Positions 1 to 10,541 of a stretch of DNA of 64,000 bases are shown piece by piece. The position numbers and the translations under genes are program-made. Below the pieces are notes generated by a model. That model was not told the origin of the DNA. It made no database searches and saw only the letters and a list, made by a program, of their open reading frames with translations. The DNA is from Botrimarina sp. (GTDB taxonomy: Bacteria; Planctomycetota; Planctomycetia; Pirellulales; Lacipirellulaceae). The stretch's first letter is position 1; each line of letters begins with the position of its first letter. Where the stretch lies: the NCBI GenBank assembly GCA_965263145.1, contig OZ253585.1, positions 261,668-325,667 on the forward strand, read 5' to 3'.

Positions 1-1209
1 AAATTCCCCACTTCATCAAGCAGGTATATCACGCGTTGGTTGGTGCGATCTCGCACAAGAGCTTCCGCCGAAGCGGAGATAACCAGGTTCAGAAACTGAG
101 CCTGGCTCTTCAGCCGCTCAGGGGGAACCATGATGAAGACGACCATCGGTTCCTGCTTGAGTTCTGCCCAGCTAAAGTTATTCTCACTCACCAGCCGGCC
201 AACATGGCCGCCACTACTAAAGATTTTGACCGATCTAGTGGCCGTCGTGATCGCTCCAGAGAACTCTTCGGGACTACTCGCCATGAGGCTAAGTACGCTT
301 GAAGCGGATTCTGAGAGTGCGCCACCAAACGATTTACTCTCCGACGCCGCTTCCAGTAGCACGAGCATTTCATCACTACTACTCATCACACAGCGACGGA
401 GTCCAGGAAGAGTCACTTCGCCGTATTTGTCGAGTAGCCAAAGGATACAGGTGGTTAGCACCAGCCGAGCCAGATCATCAAAGTGCTGGGTTGTTCCGTT
501 TTGTTTGCTTGGCTCGACCCCTTGATGAAGAAGATGCGTAAACGTCTCGACATCTTCAATCAGGTTGGGGTCCGTCGGATCAAGATAGCCGGCAGGATTA
601 TGGTGAATGCTTTCGATCGGAATGCCAAGTTCTTCACTGAGCCGTTCCGCCTCACTGGCGATCACGACGACCCGATAGCCAAGTTCTCTTAGTCGTCTGG
701 CACAGACGCTATAGAGCTCACCTGAGACGTCAGTGACAATGTAAGACTGGAACCGATCCTTGGTAGGTCTGGGGGCTTCGAGTAAGTTTCGGATCACAAA
801 CGCGACCCCCTTCCAACTACCCGGACGTCCAGCTACGAGCACGGCAGCTTCTCCTGGGTAGCGAACGATCTTTTTGCCAATGCGGCCTAAAATAATCCCC
901 CACTCGCCTAGAAGGCCCGCCTTCTTAGCATCTTTCTGATCGCCTCGTTTAGCAGTCCCTTGGTTCTTTGCGTGGGAGGTGAGTTTTCTTTGTCGCCTGC
1001 GACGATCAGCTTGGTGATCAACCGCCCCAAGAAACCCAAAGAAGAAGAGTAGTGTCATCAACCCCGCAACCATCGCTCCTATCGCAGCTGGTTCTGAGCC
1101 TCCTTGGCTCTGATCGTAGAGGTAATAGGTGGCAGCTGCAGCTATGAGCAACATACATAGTTGACCAAGGACCGTCCGCGGAGCTTGGGTATTGCCTTGA
1201 GCACTCATG
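1..1209 (-). CDS. Type IV secretion coupling protein (VirD4/TraG/TraD-like). The N-terminus starts at 1209 and the C-terminus is cut by the window edge.
   Basis: Hand translation of the minus strand from the ATG at 1209 gives MSAQGNTQAPRTVLGQLCMLLIAAAATYY..., with two hydrophobic helices. Next comes a basic linker, then LVAGRPGSWKGVAFVIRNLL (Walker-A-like, matching the VirD4/TraG APTRSGKGVG-VIPNLL block), then YIVTDVSGE (TraG-family DPKGE-like). The ORF is absent from the track because there is no stop in the window. The small plus-strand ORFs at 36..692 are antisense to it. Confidence 0.7.
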
Positions 1210-1269
1210 AAAGTTCCTTTCTAAAGTTGTCGGTATCGATCTAGATAAAATGCTTGCGTAGCGTTATGA

Positions 1270-1668
1270 CTAGTTGGTGAGAGTTGTTTTGAAACTCACG
1301 ACACCATTTACTTCGTGATAGTCTTCTGTCGCCAAGAGTTCCCGTAGCCGGAGTGCTAAGCCCATCGCCGAGCACCCTTCTTCAGTAGCTAACTTCTCAG
1401 CAATAAGCCCTTCGATGTCAGCTTTTGGAAGCTGGCCATCGTTATCCGTAAGAAGCTTATCCATCGCTTGCTTTACCTGCCGCTTCTTAGGAGCCGGTTT
1501 ATTAGTTCCCTCTGCGGGAGTGCCAAGAGCTTTCAAGGCGGCGTTGACTTGACGCTTGGTCGATTTGGCATCGCTCAGGTCTTTTCTTAAGCTTTCAATG
1601 GTCACCTCAATTTCATTCAGCTGGGTTTGCAGCCCATCGCGTATCGCTTCTAAGGTTTTGTTTTTCAT
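1270..1668 (-). CDS. Hypothetical coiled-coil protein (132 aa)
   Basis: Intact ORF immediately downstream of the coupling-protein gene. Charged and alpha-helical, with no recognisable motif. Confidence 0.4.
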   Translation of the reverse strand: MKNKTLEAIRDGLQTQLNEIEVTIESLRKDLSDAKSTKRQVNAALKALGTPAEGTNKPAPKKRQVKQAMDKLLTDNDGQLPKADIEGLIAEKLATEEGCSAMGLALRLRELLATEDYHEVNGVVSFKTTLTN

Positions 1669-1716
1669 CGCTTCTGTTTCCTATTGAGAGAAAAGAGGAG
1701 GTTTCGTGAGATCCGT

Positions 1717-3177
1717 TTAGGATTTCTCTTGTTCGATCACGAAATACTCACCGCCCGTGATCCTTGCGATCTCCGCCAGAAACTGTCCTCCCGTCCAGTC
1801 GAAGTCTTCGTTCTCTGCTGAGAGTGTGCCGACGCCGATCGTGTTGATAACGGCCTTATGTTTTTTGAGCTTCTCGGAAAGCTCAAGAACCGCTTTCTGG
1901 CCACCTTTGCCAATCGTTGGGACCCCATCGGAGTAGAGAAGGCATGTCATCGGACCATCGAGCTTCAGAGCTTGCTCGATGGCTGCGCCGGTTGGCGTGG
2001 CGCCACCTGCTTTTAGATTATTTACGAATTGGATCGCCTTCTTCCGGTTAGCGGGCGTTGCTTCCACCCACTTAAAACCTGAGAAGACGGAGTTGGGATA
2101 CCTGGGCAGCCTTGGTTTAAAATCTTTCCAGCCACCAAATCCACAGATAGCGAACTGTTTGCAGTTCATCGTTTCGAGTTTCCTTACGACATCATCAATA
2201 ATCGAGCGGAAGAGATGGCTTTGATCATTGCCCTCATGATCTTCCATAACCGATCCAGAGACATCGATGAGGAAGAGAATGCTTTGCTTGTTACCAGCTA
2301 GTAAGTCTTCTTTCGGGTGCTGAACCTTAGCGACAAGTCCTGGCTTGAACTCGATTACCTTCGTTGTTCCATCGGGAGCATAGAGAATCGACTTGGGCTT
2401 ATCTTCTGCAACTTTCTTCGCTCCGTTGCAGTTATCAAGGGGTGATACCTCTGCGTCCCATTGGCTCTCTTTACCATGAAAGACAACGTGAGCTTCGGAT
2501 GAGAGCCGAACGAGAGGGCCCCCCTTCTTGTAAAGCAGGTATCGCAGGAAATGCTCTACTTGCTCGCGATGATTGGGACCATTTCCATAGTCGGCTCGTG
2601 GAGTTAGCCAGCTGACGGTCGTCCCTTGAGGGAAGCTCGCCATCTTACCATAGCTAGTACTCTCATCGGTCACGCAGCCATCACAAGGAATCGTCTCCTT
2701 TCCGATCGAATTGCCCTGCTCCCGATCTTCAATCAAGGGGGATCCAACAAGAATCACTCGTGGCTTAAGATCACTTCGCTTTCGGTACTTGCGGATCGTT
2801 GAAGGAATCGCCAGTAGATCAACCGATTGGGAGCCACCCGTCTTTTCCGGATCAAGTCGGTCAAAGACCTTGGCTAATCCACTCTTAACGATCTTACCAC
2901 GATACGCTTTTGAGCCCTCTGGGATCGTTACAGTACTAAGAAGCTCTTGGTCATCGGCAAGAAAGAACGTCAAAGTCGTGCCAGCGGGTGAACTCTCAAT
3001 GTACCGATTCACTTCGTGATGGATGGCTGGTCCACATCCGGTGGGTAACCCTTTTGGAATCGCAACAAAAAGCTCTTCCTTAGGTAGTGGTTTAACTGGT
3101 TCTTCAATGATTGCCTTGCTACAGCCAGTCAGCCAAATGCCCAACAAGAGGGGCGTAAAGTATTTAATGTTCATCAT
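1717..3177 (-). CDS. von Willebrand factor A (vWA) domain lipoprotein
   Basis: N-terminal signal peptide with lipobox (LLLGIWLTGCSK). MIDAS-type motif LFLIDVSGSV (DxSxS) in the C-terminal half. Confidence 0.6.
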   Translation of the reverse strand: MMNIKYFTPLLLGIWLTGCSKAIIEEPVKPLPKEELFVAIPKGLPTGCGPAIHHEVNRYIESSPAGTTLTFFLADDQELLSTVTIPEGSKAYRGKIVKSGLAKVFDRLDPEKTGGSQSVDLLAIPSTIRKYRKRSDLKPRVILVGSPLIEDREQGNSIGKETIPCDGCVTDESTSYGKMASFPQGTTVSWLTPRADYGNGPNHREQVEHFLRYLLYKKGGPLVRLSSEAHVVFHGKESQWDAEVSPLDNCNGAKKVAEDKPKSILYAPDGTTKVIEFKPGLVAKVQHPKEDLLAGNKQSILFLIDVSGSVMEDHEGNDQSHLFRSIIDDVVRKLETMNCKQFAICGFGGWKDFKPRLPRYPNSVFSGFKWVEATPANRKKAIQFVNNLKAGGATPTGAAIEQALKLDGPMTCLLYSDGVPTIGKGGQKAVLELSEKLKKHKAVINTIGVGTLSAENEDFDWTGGQFLAEIARITGGEYFVIEQEKS

Positions 3178-3224
3178 CTTCTCCCTAGTAATAAGATTGA
3201 TAATTGATGTTGATAGAAGGATTG

Positions 3225-4403
3225 TTAATTGAGGCCAGCAAGACGCTGCTGGGCTTGTTGAATCTTTAGCTGCTCTGCCCGGATCGCTTCCTGCTTGCGA
3301 TTCTCCTTACGAATTTCATCACGACGGCTGATCCACTTACGACTCTGTGACTGAACGTGCTTTTTCACACGTAGTTCGACTCGGTCGGCAAGCTCTTCGA
3401 TCTGCTCCAGCACTTGTCGTTGCTGCAGCAGAGGTTCAATGTCGGCATCCTTCTCTTTGACCTTCTCGTTCTCAACAAGCGTCCATTTATATGAAGACTT
3501 AAACATGCGGCAGACACCTGTCTCGATAGCGACACAGACAAGTCCTAGCGAGACTACGGAGAAGGTTGTAAGTACGCACCGGATACCAGGAAGGAGCCAG
3601 CCCTCGTCCCCTTCAAAAGAGTGCATAAGACCTAGCATGAAGCCAAAGAGAGTTAGACCAATCCAGGCAATCCAAAAGGCAAACCGGGCCATCTGCTTGT
3701 TAAGGGAACTACCCTTTAGATTCGTCTTAGCCTGGGAATGCCAGTAAGTCGCAATGACAACGGCCATCGTGAATCCCCAGGTAAAACCGAACGCTCCAAA
3801 GAAGCTTTGCACCAGACCCCAAGAAGATTCTCTTAATCCGGCTATCTGATAAGCAATTTCAGTCCAGATGGTGGCAAAGAGCACTGAAGCAAGTAGTCCC
3901 GCGGCAAGGCTACTCCAGTTCATAAAAATGATTGTTAGATTCTTTAGCCAACCTTGCTTATGGTTCGCTGACTTCGTGGCGGGGACTAAGAGATCATGAC
4001 CATCTTGAATCTTAAGTTCTCGAACAAGAGATCGCTCAATGCTCTTTTTATAGCCAGCACAAGCTCGGCGAATAACATTCACCACAACAAAGACTTGCGT
4101 GATAATTGAGTCGGCGTAGATAGTACTGCTGACATGCTCCTTGATATCCTCATCCGAGAGCTCATCAGCACTCGGCTCAAGGATCACATCATCTGGCTCG
4201 CAATCGGGCAATTCACAGGTGGTTGCCCCTTCGGTTTGATCAAACAAATGCTGAGATATCTCAACACAAGAACAGTCGATCAAAGGCTTTAAATAGGCTT
4301 CCCCTTTATGGCTGTTCTCACGTGAGCTGCCATTTTGACTAGCGGGTCGATCTGTTTCATATAACGTTGTCACAAGTTGGCTCCTTCTGTTTGGCAAGAT
4401 CAT
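3225..4403 (-). CDS. Hypothetical polytopic membrane protein with C-terminal coiled coil
   Basis: 392-aa ORF with several hydrophobic helices in the middle (WSSLAAGLLASVLFATIW, FTMAVVIATYW, WIAWIGLTLFGFMLGL). The charged, helical C-terminus is rich in E/K/Q/R. Confidence 0.45.
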   Translation of the reverse strand: MILPNRRSQLVTTLYETDRPASQNGSSRENSHKGEAYLKPLIDCSCVEISQHLFDQTEGATTCELPDCEPDDVILEPSADELSDEDIKEHVSSTIYADSIITQVFVVVNVIRRACAGYKKSIERSLVRELKIQDGHDLLVPATKSANHKQGWLKNLTIIFMNWSSLAAGLLASVLFATIWTEIAYQIAGLRESSWGLVQSFFGAFGFTWGFTMAVVIATYWHSQAKTNLKGSSLNKQMARFAFWIAWIGLTLFGFMLGLMHSFEGDEGWLLPGIRCVLTTFSVVSLGLVCVAIETGVCRMFKSSYKWTLVENEKVKEKDADIEPLLQQRQVLEQIEELADRVELRVKKHVQSQSRKWISRRDEIRKENRKQEAIRAEQLKIQQAQQRLAGLN

Positions 4404-4811
4404 TTGCTGATTTCCACGTTTTCCTTACTTAATTCCCTTCGCTCCCTAGTAAGCCCCCAGAGGCTTACTTCCTTGCGACGATGGCAGTCGCTTTTTGCTG
4501 CCATCTGTTAGGGTGTGTCAGCCAGAGGTGGCAATCTGACGGAAGAAGTGAAAAATGATTCAGCTTTTTTCAGAAATCGTTGAAGCCTAGGACTTGGGTG
4601 ATTTGACCCAATTTGGTTTTAAGATTTGCCAGATGTGATTCGTGTCCGGCTGGTAGTAGAAAACGAGCTAAAAGAATTAAATCGAATGCACCTACAGATG
4701 ACCCAAGGTAGGTTGATCAAAAACAATCCTGTGATATGAATTTTGTTAATTAAGAGTTGGTAGTTCCAACAGCGATCCTACGTCCGCGACTATAAAACAG
4801 ACCAAGACGGT

Positions 4812-5414
4812 TTGCTTATGACTTTCGAGATGACCTGTTCAAGTCCTTGTGATACACCTTCTGATGACTCTCTTGATACTGTCACCGATGAAGAACTAAT
4901 GCAATCTTGGCATTTACACCGATGCCAGCGTTGCTTTGAAGCGTGGGCTATGCGTGTATGGAAGGACCCAGGCTACAAAGCCGTTGCAAGTCGAGTTCAG
5001 GTGAACTGGGAGAAGATCGACGTCTCGGAGTTGCGTCAAAAGGCCATCTATGAGTTATGGGACAGACCGAGAGAAATTCGCTTCGTCAAATCTTACTTCC
5101 GGCAGATGTTATTGTGGGCTGCTTACCGGGAGAATGAAGTTAGAAAGAGGCATCAGTCAGCACTTGGAGAGGAGAATGACGAGATTCTAGCAAATGTACA
5201 GGAGGCTCCTCCGATTACAGAAGATCCTCGTACCGAAGATTTGAAAGAGTGCATTGATAAGCTAAGGCCTACTGACTTGCGGCTCACCAAAGCAAGATAT
5301 TACGACGCAGAGCCCCTCAGCAACCTTGCCAGAGACCTAAACAAGTCAATGGATGCCCTCTACCAGCAGCTCGCTCGCATTCGCAAGTTACTCATGCAAT
5401 GCCTGGAAGGATAA
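4812..5414 (+). CDS. Sigma-70/ECF-like regulatory protein (weak)
   Basis: The C-terminal LRLTKARYYDAEPLSNLARDLNKSMDALYQQLARIRKLLMQC resembles the sigma-70 region 4 HTH. FVKSYFRQMLLWAAYRENEVRKRH resembles region 2.3-2.4. First gene of a three-gene overlapping plus-strand operon. Confidence 0.4.
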   Translation: MLMTFEMTCSSPCDTPSDDSLDTVTDEELMQSWHLHRCQRCFEAWAMRVWKDPGYKAVASRVQVNWEKIDVSELRQKAIYELWDRPREIRFVKSYFRQMLLWAAYRENEVRKRHQSALGEENDEILANVQEAPPITEDPRTEDLKECIDKLRPTDLRLTKARYYDAEPLSNLARDLNKSMDALYQQLARIRKLLMQCLEG

Positions 5415-6055
5415 TTCAAATGGAAGAACCATCAGATGTACCTGAGTTGACTCCTGAGCAACAGATTCTCTTTGATATTGAAACGGATAAAATCCTTGAA
5501 AATGTCCCCGAGGATAAAGTGGAAATTAGTAATCAGGATGAGCAACAGTTAGAAGAGGTGCTTAATCTGTTGCGAAACAAGGCTGCTGCTCGGGAAGAGG
5601 AAGCAAAGGTCATCCCAAAGAACGATCGTAAACCTATTAAAACTTTATCAATCGATCCCATTCCAGCTCTTGCCGCTGCTGAGCTAGTGAAAGCAACCGT
5701 TGACTGGGAAGATGGTCAGATTCGCTTCTTGCAATCCCCCATGCGATCGGACTTGGCAATCGAAGTACTGGTGAATGAAGAGGCCGCCGGAAAATACCGT
5801 GAGGCTCTTTTTCTGCTCTCTCTCAGTCTATCCGAGTGGTCACTAATCGTTATACCGGATGAATCGGCAATTTTCTGTGGAGTAACTGCTGAAGCGTTCT
5901 CAGGGGGAGCAACCATTTCCTATGAGTTTGTCTCAAAGCAAGCTCTCAGCAAAGAGTACCTACCGGCGCTCCAATACTCAAAAGAGAATTTGCGTTCACC
6001 AAGGTCTCTCAAGCTATATCGTGAACTGATAAATAAGGTTGAATCGCAATCGTGA
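5399..6055 (+). CDS. Hypothetical acidic protein (218 aa)
   Basis: ORF overlaps the upstream gene end by 16 nt and the downstream gene by ATGA (6052-6055), so it is translationally coupled. Confidence 0.4.
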   Translation: MPGRIIQMEEPSDVPELTPEQQILFDIETDKILENVPEDKVEISNQDEQQLEEVLNLLRNKAAAREEEAKVIPKNDRKPIKTLSIDPIPALAAAELVKATVDWEDGQIRFLQSPMRSDLAIEVLVNEEAAGKYREALFLLSLSLSEWSLIVIPDESAIFCGVTAEAFSGGATISYEFVSKQALSKEYLPALQYSKENLRSPRSLKLYRELINKVESQS

Positions 6056-8187
6056 GCCACCCCTCCTTCGATCCGGTTGATTCTATCAAGTCAGCGATAG
6101 CCATTGGAAATAATGGTCTCATTACGAATCCATTCGATCTGATTGGTCTTATCGCTTCCGCTTCCGAAGTAGAATCACCTAGCCGAGAACTGCTCTGGAG
6201 AAGACTTTTTCTAGAAGCTCCGCTTCCCTACTGGAATGTCGTCAATTGGGCCAAGCAAGTCACCGAATCTCAACTTACAGAAATAGCTTCAAGCACGGTA
6301 TCTACTGGCTGGGAATCGCTCCAACCTTCAACAGGAACAATCGTTCTTAGGGAGGTTTTTACTGAGATAGCCAAGCGGTTTGATGAGTTTGATCCTGACC
6401 TCTATTCTTGGGAACGTCCCGACCCAAACAAGGTATCTCTTCATCGTTTGAAGTACCTCTTAGGACGTGACCTAGCAAGAAGCTACGTTCAAGAGCAAAT
6501 TCCCAATGGTCCTCGAACCAGTCGCAGTGAATTGCTAGCTAGCAATCGAGCGGCTTGGCAAGAGTGGATCGAAGTCAATGAGAAGGTCGGATATCACCTA
6601 GGTTCGGTTTGTGAGGCAACCTCGCTTGCTCTTGATCATGTGGTTTCTCGGCAAGTAACCCCAGGCATCAATGGAATCGGTCGTAGTCATATACTTCTCG
6701 AACAGCTCAACGTTAATCTCAACTCAACCTCCGCCATTATCACCGCGAACATCTTGCCGCTTACCGAGCAGCATCAGCATCTTGATGGAATCTTGGTGCC
6801 CGACCTCCGCGAAAATGGTCTCTTGGTTATTGCTCCTGATTTCTTGGAGGGGGTCTCAAAAGCTTGGCAATACGCAAGAAGAGCTACTCCCTCGCAAGGA
6901 CCTAGTATGCTTTGCTTCTCGGTCAGACCTAAGTTGGCGACTGTCATTCAAGATCTTTCGGGCAGATCGGCAGAGCTGGCTTCGCTTGCAGCTATTGAAT
7001 CAGCTCTGAAGGAGATCGTCTTACGACCTGATGCGGCAGCTTCAGCCACACTCGAATACTCTGAGCCAGAAGTAACAATTGAGGACCCAAAAACTGGTAG
7101 GGCAAGTTTCGAAAATAAGAAATTCTCAGCAGCGAAAGACTTTAATATCTCTACTGTTGTTGTAAATACTGAGGTTGCCAGAGAGTGGAAAACTATTGAG
7201 CAGCAAATTAGTGACACCAAACGTCCAAATGACCCTGATGTGCTGGCAAGTGAATTCTACCGGCGTGATGCCCTTCAAATACTCGAAACGAAATCCCTCT
7301 GGAAACTTTCTTACTACATTCCTGGCGCTATCACCTTGGCCTTTATTGTCATGGCGGTCTGCTTTTGGCAGTTCTATAAAATGAGTGCCAGTCCCGTTAA
7401 CGCTGATTATATTGTTCATGAGGCAAAGCTGCCTTTTGTGGTCACAGCCCTTGTCGTGAGTGAAATGCTGACTCTCGTTCTATGCCTCCTGATAGGACTA
7501 ACGTGTCATCGATCGATCCGACGTTCGCTTGATAGTGAACGATCCGCCTGGATCGCCTTGGCGGTTTCTTCGGTCATCGTTCTGCTTTCCCAATACCTCC
7601 CGATCGGTGTACGATATGAAGGGTTACTCGATACGCCCCTCTACTCGGTCCTCTTTGGTGAACCACAGATTACGCCACAGCTCGTCATTGCAGCCGGAGG
7701 ACTTGGATTCTTACTGATGCATACCACCTCACAAACAGCAGGGTTTATTGCCATTCTGTTTGGAGTTTCTGCTTTTACGATCCGCCTTATCCTAACACGT
7801 GCTCATAGCGAACCGATCTATGAAGATCGTTGTGAGCTGCTCAAAAAGGATTGGCGGTTTAGCGTCGCGCTGATGGTGATGCTGATGGCAGTCGTCATGA
7901 TGTTTTGTCTGACACGTAACGTTTTCTGGTACTACTATCTTACGACCCTTCCCAACGTTCCGATGATCGACAATGGTGGCTCACTACTGCTTGTGGTGGT
8001 TCCACTGCTTACGATTAGTCTCGTTATCATTCTGTCAGTAGGATTGGTTTGGATCTTCGTTATGCAAAAGTACTTAGCCAATGTGGTTCGCACAGCTCAA
8101 GGCCGATCAGGCTATACAACTGCTGACGTCGTAGCAACGATGCCACCTCTGGCAAGACTCCTCTATCACCTGAAGCCAATCGACTAA
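6052..8187 (+). CDS. Large membrane protein (711 aa), soluble N-terminal half and multi-TM C-terminal half
   Basis: Long ORF. Hydrophobic helices run from about residue 420 onward (YYIPGAITLAFIVMAVCFW, ALVVSEMLTLVLCLLIGL, LLLVVVPLLTISLVIILSVGLVWIF). Confidence 0.5.
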   Translation: MSHPSFDPVDSIKSAIAIGNNGLITNPFDLIGLIASASEVESPSRELLWRRLFLEAPLPYWNVVNWAKQVTESQLTEIASSTVSTGWESLQPSTGTIVLREVFTEIAKRFDEFDPDLYSWERPDPNKVSLHRLKYLLGRDLARSYVQEQIPNGPRTSRSELLASNRAAWQEWIEVNEKVGYHLGSVCEATSLALDHVVSRQVTPGINGIGRSHILLEQLNVNLNSTSAIITANILPLTEQHQHLDGILVPDLRENGLLVIAPDFLEGVSKAWQYARRATPSQGPSMLCFSVRPKLATVIQDLSGRSAELASLAAIESALKEIVLRPDAAASATLEYSEPEVTIEDPKTGRASFENKKFSAAKDFNISTVVVNTEVAREWKTIEQQISDTKRPNDPDVLASEFYRRDALQILETKSLWKLSYYIPGAITLAFIVMAVCFWQFYKMSASPVNADYIVHEAKLPFVVTALVVSEMLTLVLCLLIGLTCHRSIRRSLDSERSAWIALAVSSVIVLLSQYLPIGVRYEGLLDTPLYSVLFGEPQITPQLVIAAGGLGFLLMHTTSQTAGFIAILFGVSAFTIRLILTRAHSEPIYEDRCELLKKDWRFSVALMVMLMAVVMMFCLTRNVFWYYYLTTLPNVPMIDNGGSLLLVVVPLLTISLVIILSVGLVWIFVMQKYLANVVRTAQGRSGYTTADVVATMPPLARLLYHLKPID

Positions 8188-9184
8188 CGTTGAAGTGATG
8201 GAGTAGTCACTTTATTGGAGAGGCTCTCAGTAAGTACCTGATTCCAATCCGCTCCTCGCTTTACGGGCCGGTCACCGCGGAACTCAATATCCGACCTACC
8301 AGTTTCGGAAACGATATCCATAAGTTGATCCGTTAAGCGGTCACCCGCTTGATCATTATCAAAAGCGGCTACCACCTGCGAATCTTCTCGGAGTTTTTCT
8401 ATCGCGGAGCGAATAAGGGGTGGCTGGTGAGGGTTCATTTGACCGCTGATTGAAGCAACCCGAAGCCCTCCTCCCCGTTGACCGCCATGTAGGAGATTGC
8501 ATCGAGCCCACTCTCGGCTATTGCAAGTGTCCGATCATTCCTAAATCCGGCAGATATCCAAAGTCCTTTCTTACCGCCCTTACTAAAAAGATTTACTCCT
8601 TTTCCTTTGATTTCATAGCCGGTGAGAGATGGCTGGGCATCTCCCGTCTCAAGACGTCCCCAGTGAGGGAAGACAATCGATTTTCGTACCGGGCAATGAC
8701 GAATTCTGCCAGCGAGTCTCTCGCTCTGCAAAAGCTCAAACGGAACACCTCGGACTTTGCAGAGATAGTTACTCGCATCTTCGATCGGCTCAAACCTTGC
8801 GTATCGTGCAGCAACTCCCAGAAGGTCCGGTTCACTTGGTTCAATCTTCGCTTGGTACTGGTTCTGCTGTTTTCGCTCTAGTTCGCTGTGGTAGCTAGTT
8901 CCAAGAAAAGGCCTTAAAAGTTGTCGCACTCTACCGAGAGTGCAACCTGGCTCAATGACCCGCTGCGCGAAGTCAATTACGGTTCCTGCCGAACTAGGGT
9001 CGCTTGTGCTGCAATAGACATAATGATTACCTTGTTTGGCGATAATGATTTTATCACTTCCGTTGCGCATCAGAACCGAATGGCGAGTCGATTTCTTCCG
9101 GTCAATCTCGAATCCGTAGGCACTTGCTACCAAACTAAGATTGAGTTGCTTAAAAGCGTTAAGCTCACTACTTCTATCGAACAT
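8184..9184 (-). pseudogene. DUF3991-Toprim (TraC-primase-like) protein, interrupted by a frameshift into 8435..9184 (249 aa) and 8184..8438 (84 aa)
   Basis: The upstream part has a DUF3991-like N-terminus (LNLSLVASAYGFEI...NHYVYCSTSDPSSAGTVIDFAQ) and ends with the Toprim glutamate block TLAIAESGLDAIS. The downstream piece carries the Toprim DxD block VVAAFDNDQAGDRL. A single Toprim domain is therefore split over two frames, with the frame switch near 8435-8460 next to a GGGG run. Confidence 0.55.
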
Positions 9185-9227
9185 ATGATTTCTCTGCTTT
9201 CCCTACTTCCAGCTTTGTACTGTGGTT

Positions 9228-9770
9228 TTACTTTGAAAGTAACCTTTGCCAAAACGTTCTCTCACGCTCTTTCCTCAATGCGCGCTTGAGAACCAAGATC
9301 TCCTTCTGACGCTTATCGCGTTCCTGGTCGTAATCTTGCTTCAGGGCACTGATCTGCGACTCTGTCTGCTCGGTTACCTTAGTAATCGTTGCCTCTAAGG
9401 AGGCTTGCCAAGCATCTTCTTTGACTGATCGATCTTCCAGCAAAGGGGGAATATCAAGCGCCTTCTCCAAGGTGTTTTGAAGGTGCGAATTTGTTTTTTC
9501 TAAATGTTCGATCCGGTCTTCGTATTGAGCAATTAAACGATCCTGCATGATTTGGTTATTAGTAGGCTTTATGTTTGCTTCAATCTCATTCTCCGCCAGT
9601 TGGAAATCTGCTCCGTAGACACGCACGAGTTCGCCAGCATCCAAAACCTTACGGCCTTGTGAGTCTAGCTCATAAGACAATTTTCCATCCTTAATATGAC
9701 GCGATAAAGTGGCCCGGTTGCGATTCACTATTCGCGCTGCAGCAGAGATTGAAAATTTGGTTTGGGTCAT
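9228..9770 (-). CDS. HTH DNA-binding protein with long C-terminal coiled coil (KfrA-like architecture)
   Basis: The likely true start is the ATG at 9770 (MTQTKFSISAAARIVNRNRATLSRHIKDGKL = HTH). The rest is a heptad-rich coiled coil. The track ORF extends further upstream to 9953 without support. Confidence 0.45.
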   Translation of the reverse strand: MTQTKFSISAAARIVNRNRATLSRHIKDGKLSYELDSQGRKVLDAGELVRVYGADFQLAENEIEANIKPTNNQIMQDRLIAQYEDRIEHLEKTNSHLQNTLEKALDIPPLLEDRSVKEDAWQASLEATITKVTEQTESQISALKQDYDQERDKRQKEILVLKRALRKERERTFWQRLLSK

Positions 9771-10541
9771 CGGTACTCGTTTGGTAACTGTTGCATCTCT
9801 TGCCACCCTACTACACCTTAGGCACATTACGCAAACGATTTGTACCCGCGCACTCCGGCTGATATCTAACTGCCATGTAACTGAAATGCAACTTCCCATG
9901 CACCATCGGCTTGCTACACATGTCGCATCATGAAGCTGGGAGGAATGAGGCAAGAATCATGCTACCTCCTTACGACGCTAGATTGTCGCAGCGTGTGTCA
10001 CTAATACTTTTCTTTTTGTTTCAACGATTTAGACATTCCATGGTGCAAATGCACCGCGACATGATCTGATGCACCATGCTGCATATGCAGCAAGAAGTAG
10101 CACCGCTTTGTCTCAATGCCTGATGGCATGGCAGCAGGTGACAGCTTGGCATGCTACCTAGCTGATCAAATGTCTCAGCATGTAGCAGTACGTCGTATCT
10201 TCTGCTTTCCTTACTGTCAAAGCAGTTGTGGTCCCTACTCCGCGTTTTGCAGCAATAATGCGATGCTATCTAGCAACGCTACACAGCGTTGCATTTTTTG
10301 TCGATATCTGAGGAAAAAACAGGTAAGGTAGTTTTGTGGCTAGCCGAATCGTGGCCAGCTATTCTCATCGCTTTGGTTGTTCTGACTAAAGCAATCTTAT
10401 ATGTCAACTTTTCACCCAAGGAGGAGCGTCTACTGATCATCTTTGTAAAATGAAAAAGCCACCATGAAGGTGGCTTTGTAGGAATATCGAGCGAAGCTCT
10501 GTGATCATTAGCATCTTCACAGTACGATAGCTTGGTCTTCA
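9771..10541. promoter_or_regulatory. Palindrome-rich non-coding region between the divergent KfrA-like and Rep-like genes (candidate operator, iteron or origin)
   Basis: Perfect palindromes GGTGCAaaTGCACC (~10041-10054), TGCTGCATATGCAGCA (~10077-10092) and GCAACGCTacacAGCGTTGC (~10267-10286). Repeated CATGCTACCT (9967, 10150) and many GCATG/CATGC motifs. No convincing ORF. Confidence 0.35.
10452..10485 (-). terminator. Rho-independent terminator-like hairpin, minus orientation
   Basis: AAAGCCACC-atgaa-GGTGGCTTT stem-loop. Read on the minus strand it is followed by TTTTTCATTTTA. It sits about 60-130 nt upstream of the Rep-like gene start, which is compatible with a countertranscript. Confidence 0.35.

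Noticed and set aside
36-692. Cluster of small plus-strand ORFs (88-131 aa) at the window start
   Set aside because: They lie antisense within the VirD4/TraG-like coupling-protein gene, whose minus-strand translation carries clear Walker-A/TraG motifs. They are low-complexity and have no motifs.
6671-7419. Several 60-112 aa ORFs on both strands inside 6052..8187
   Set aside because: They are nested within the long 711-aa ORF, which is translationally coupled to its neighbours. Typical alternative-frame noise.
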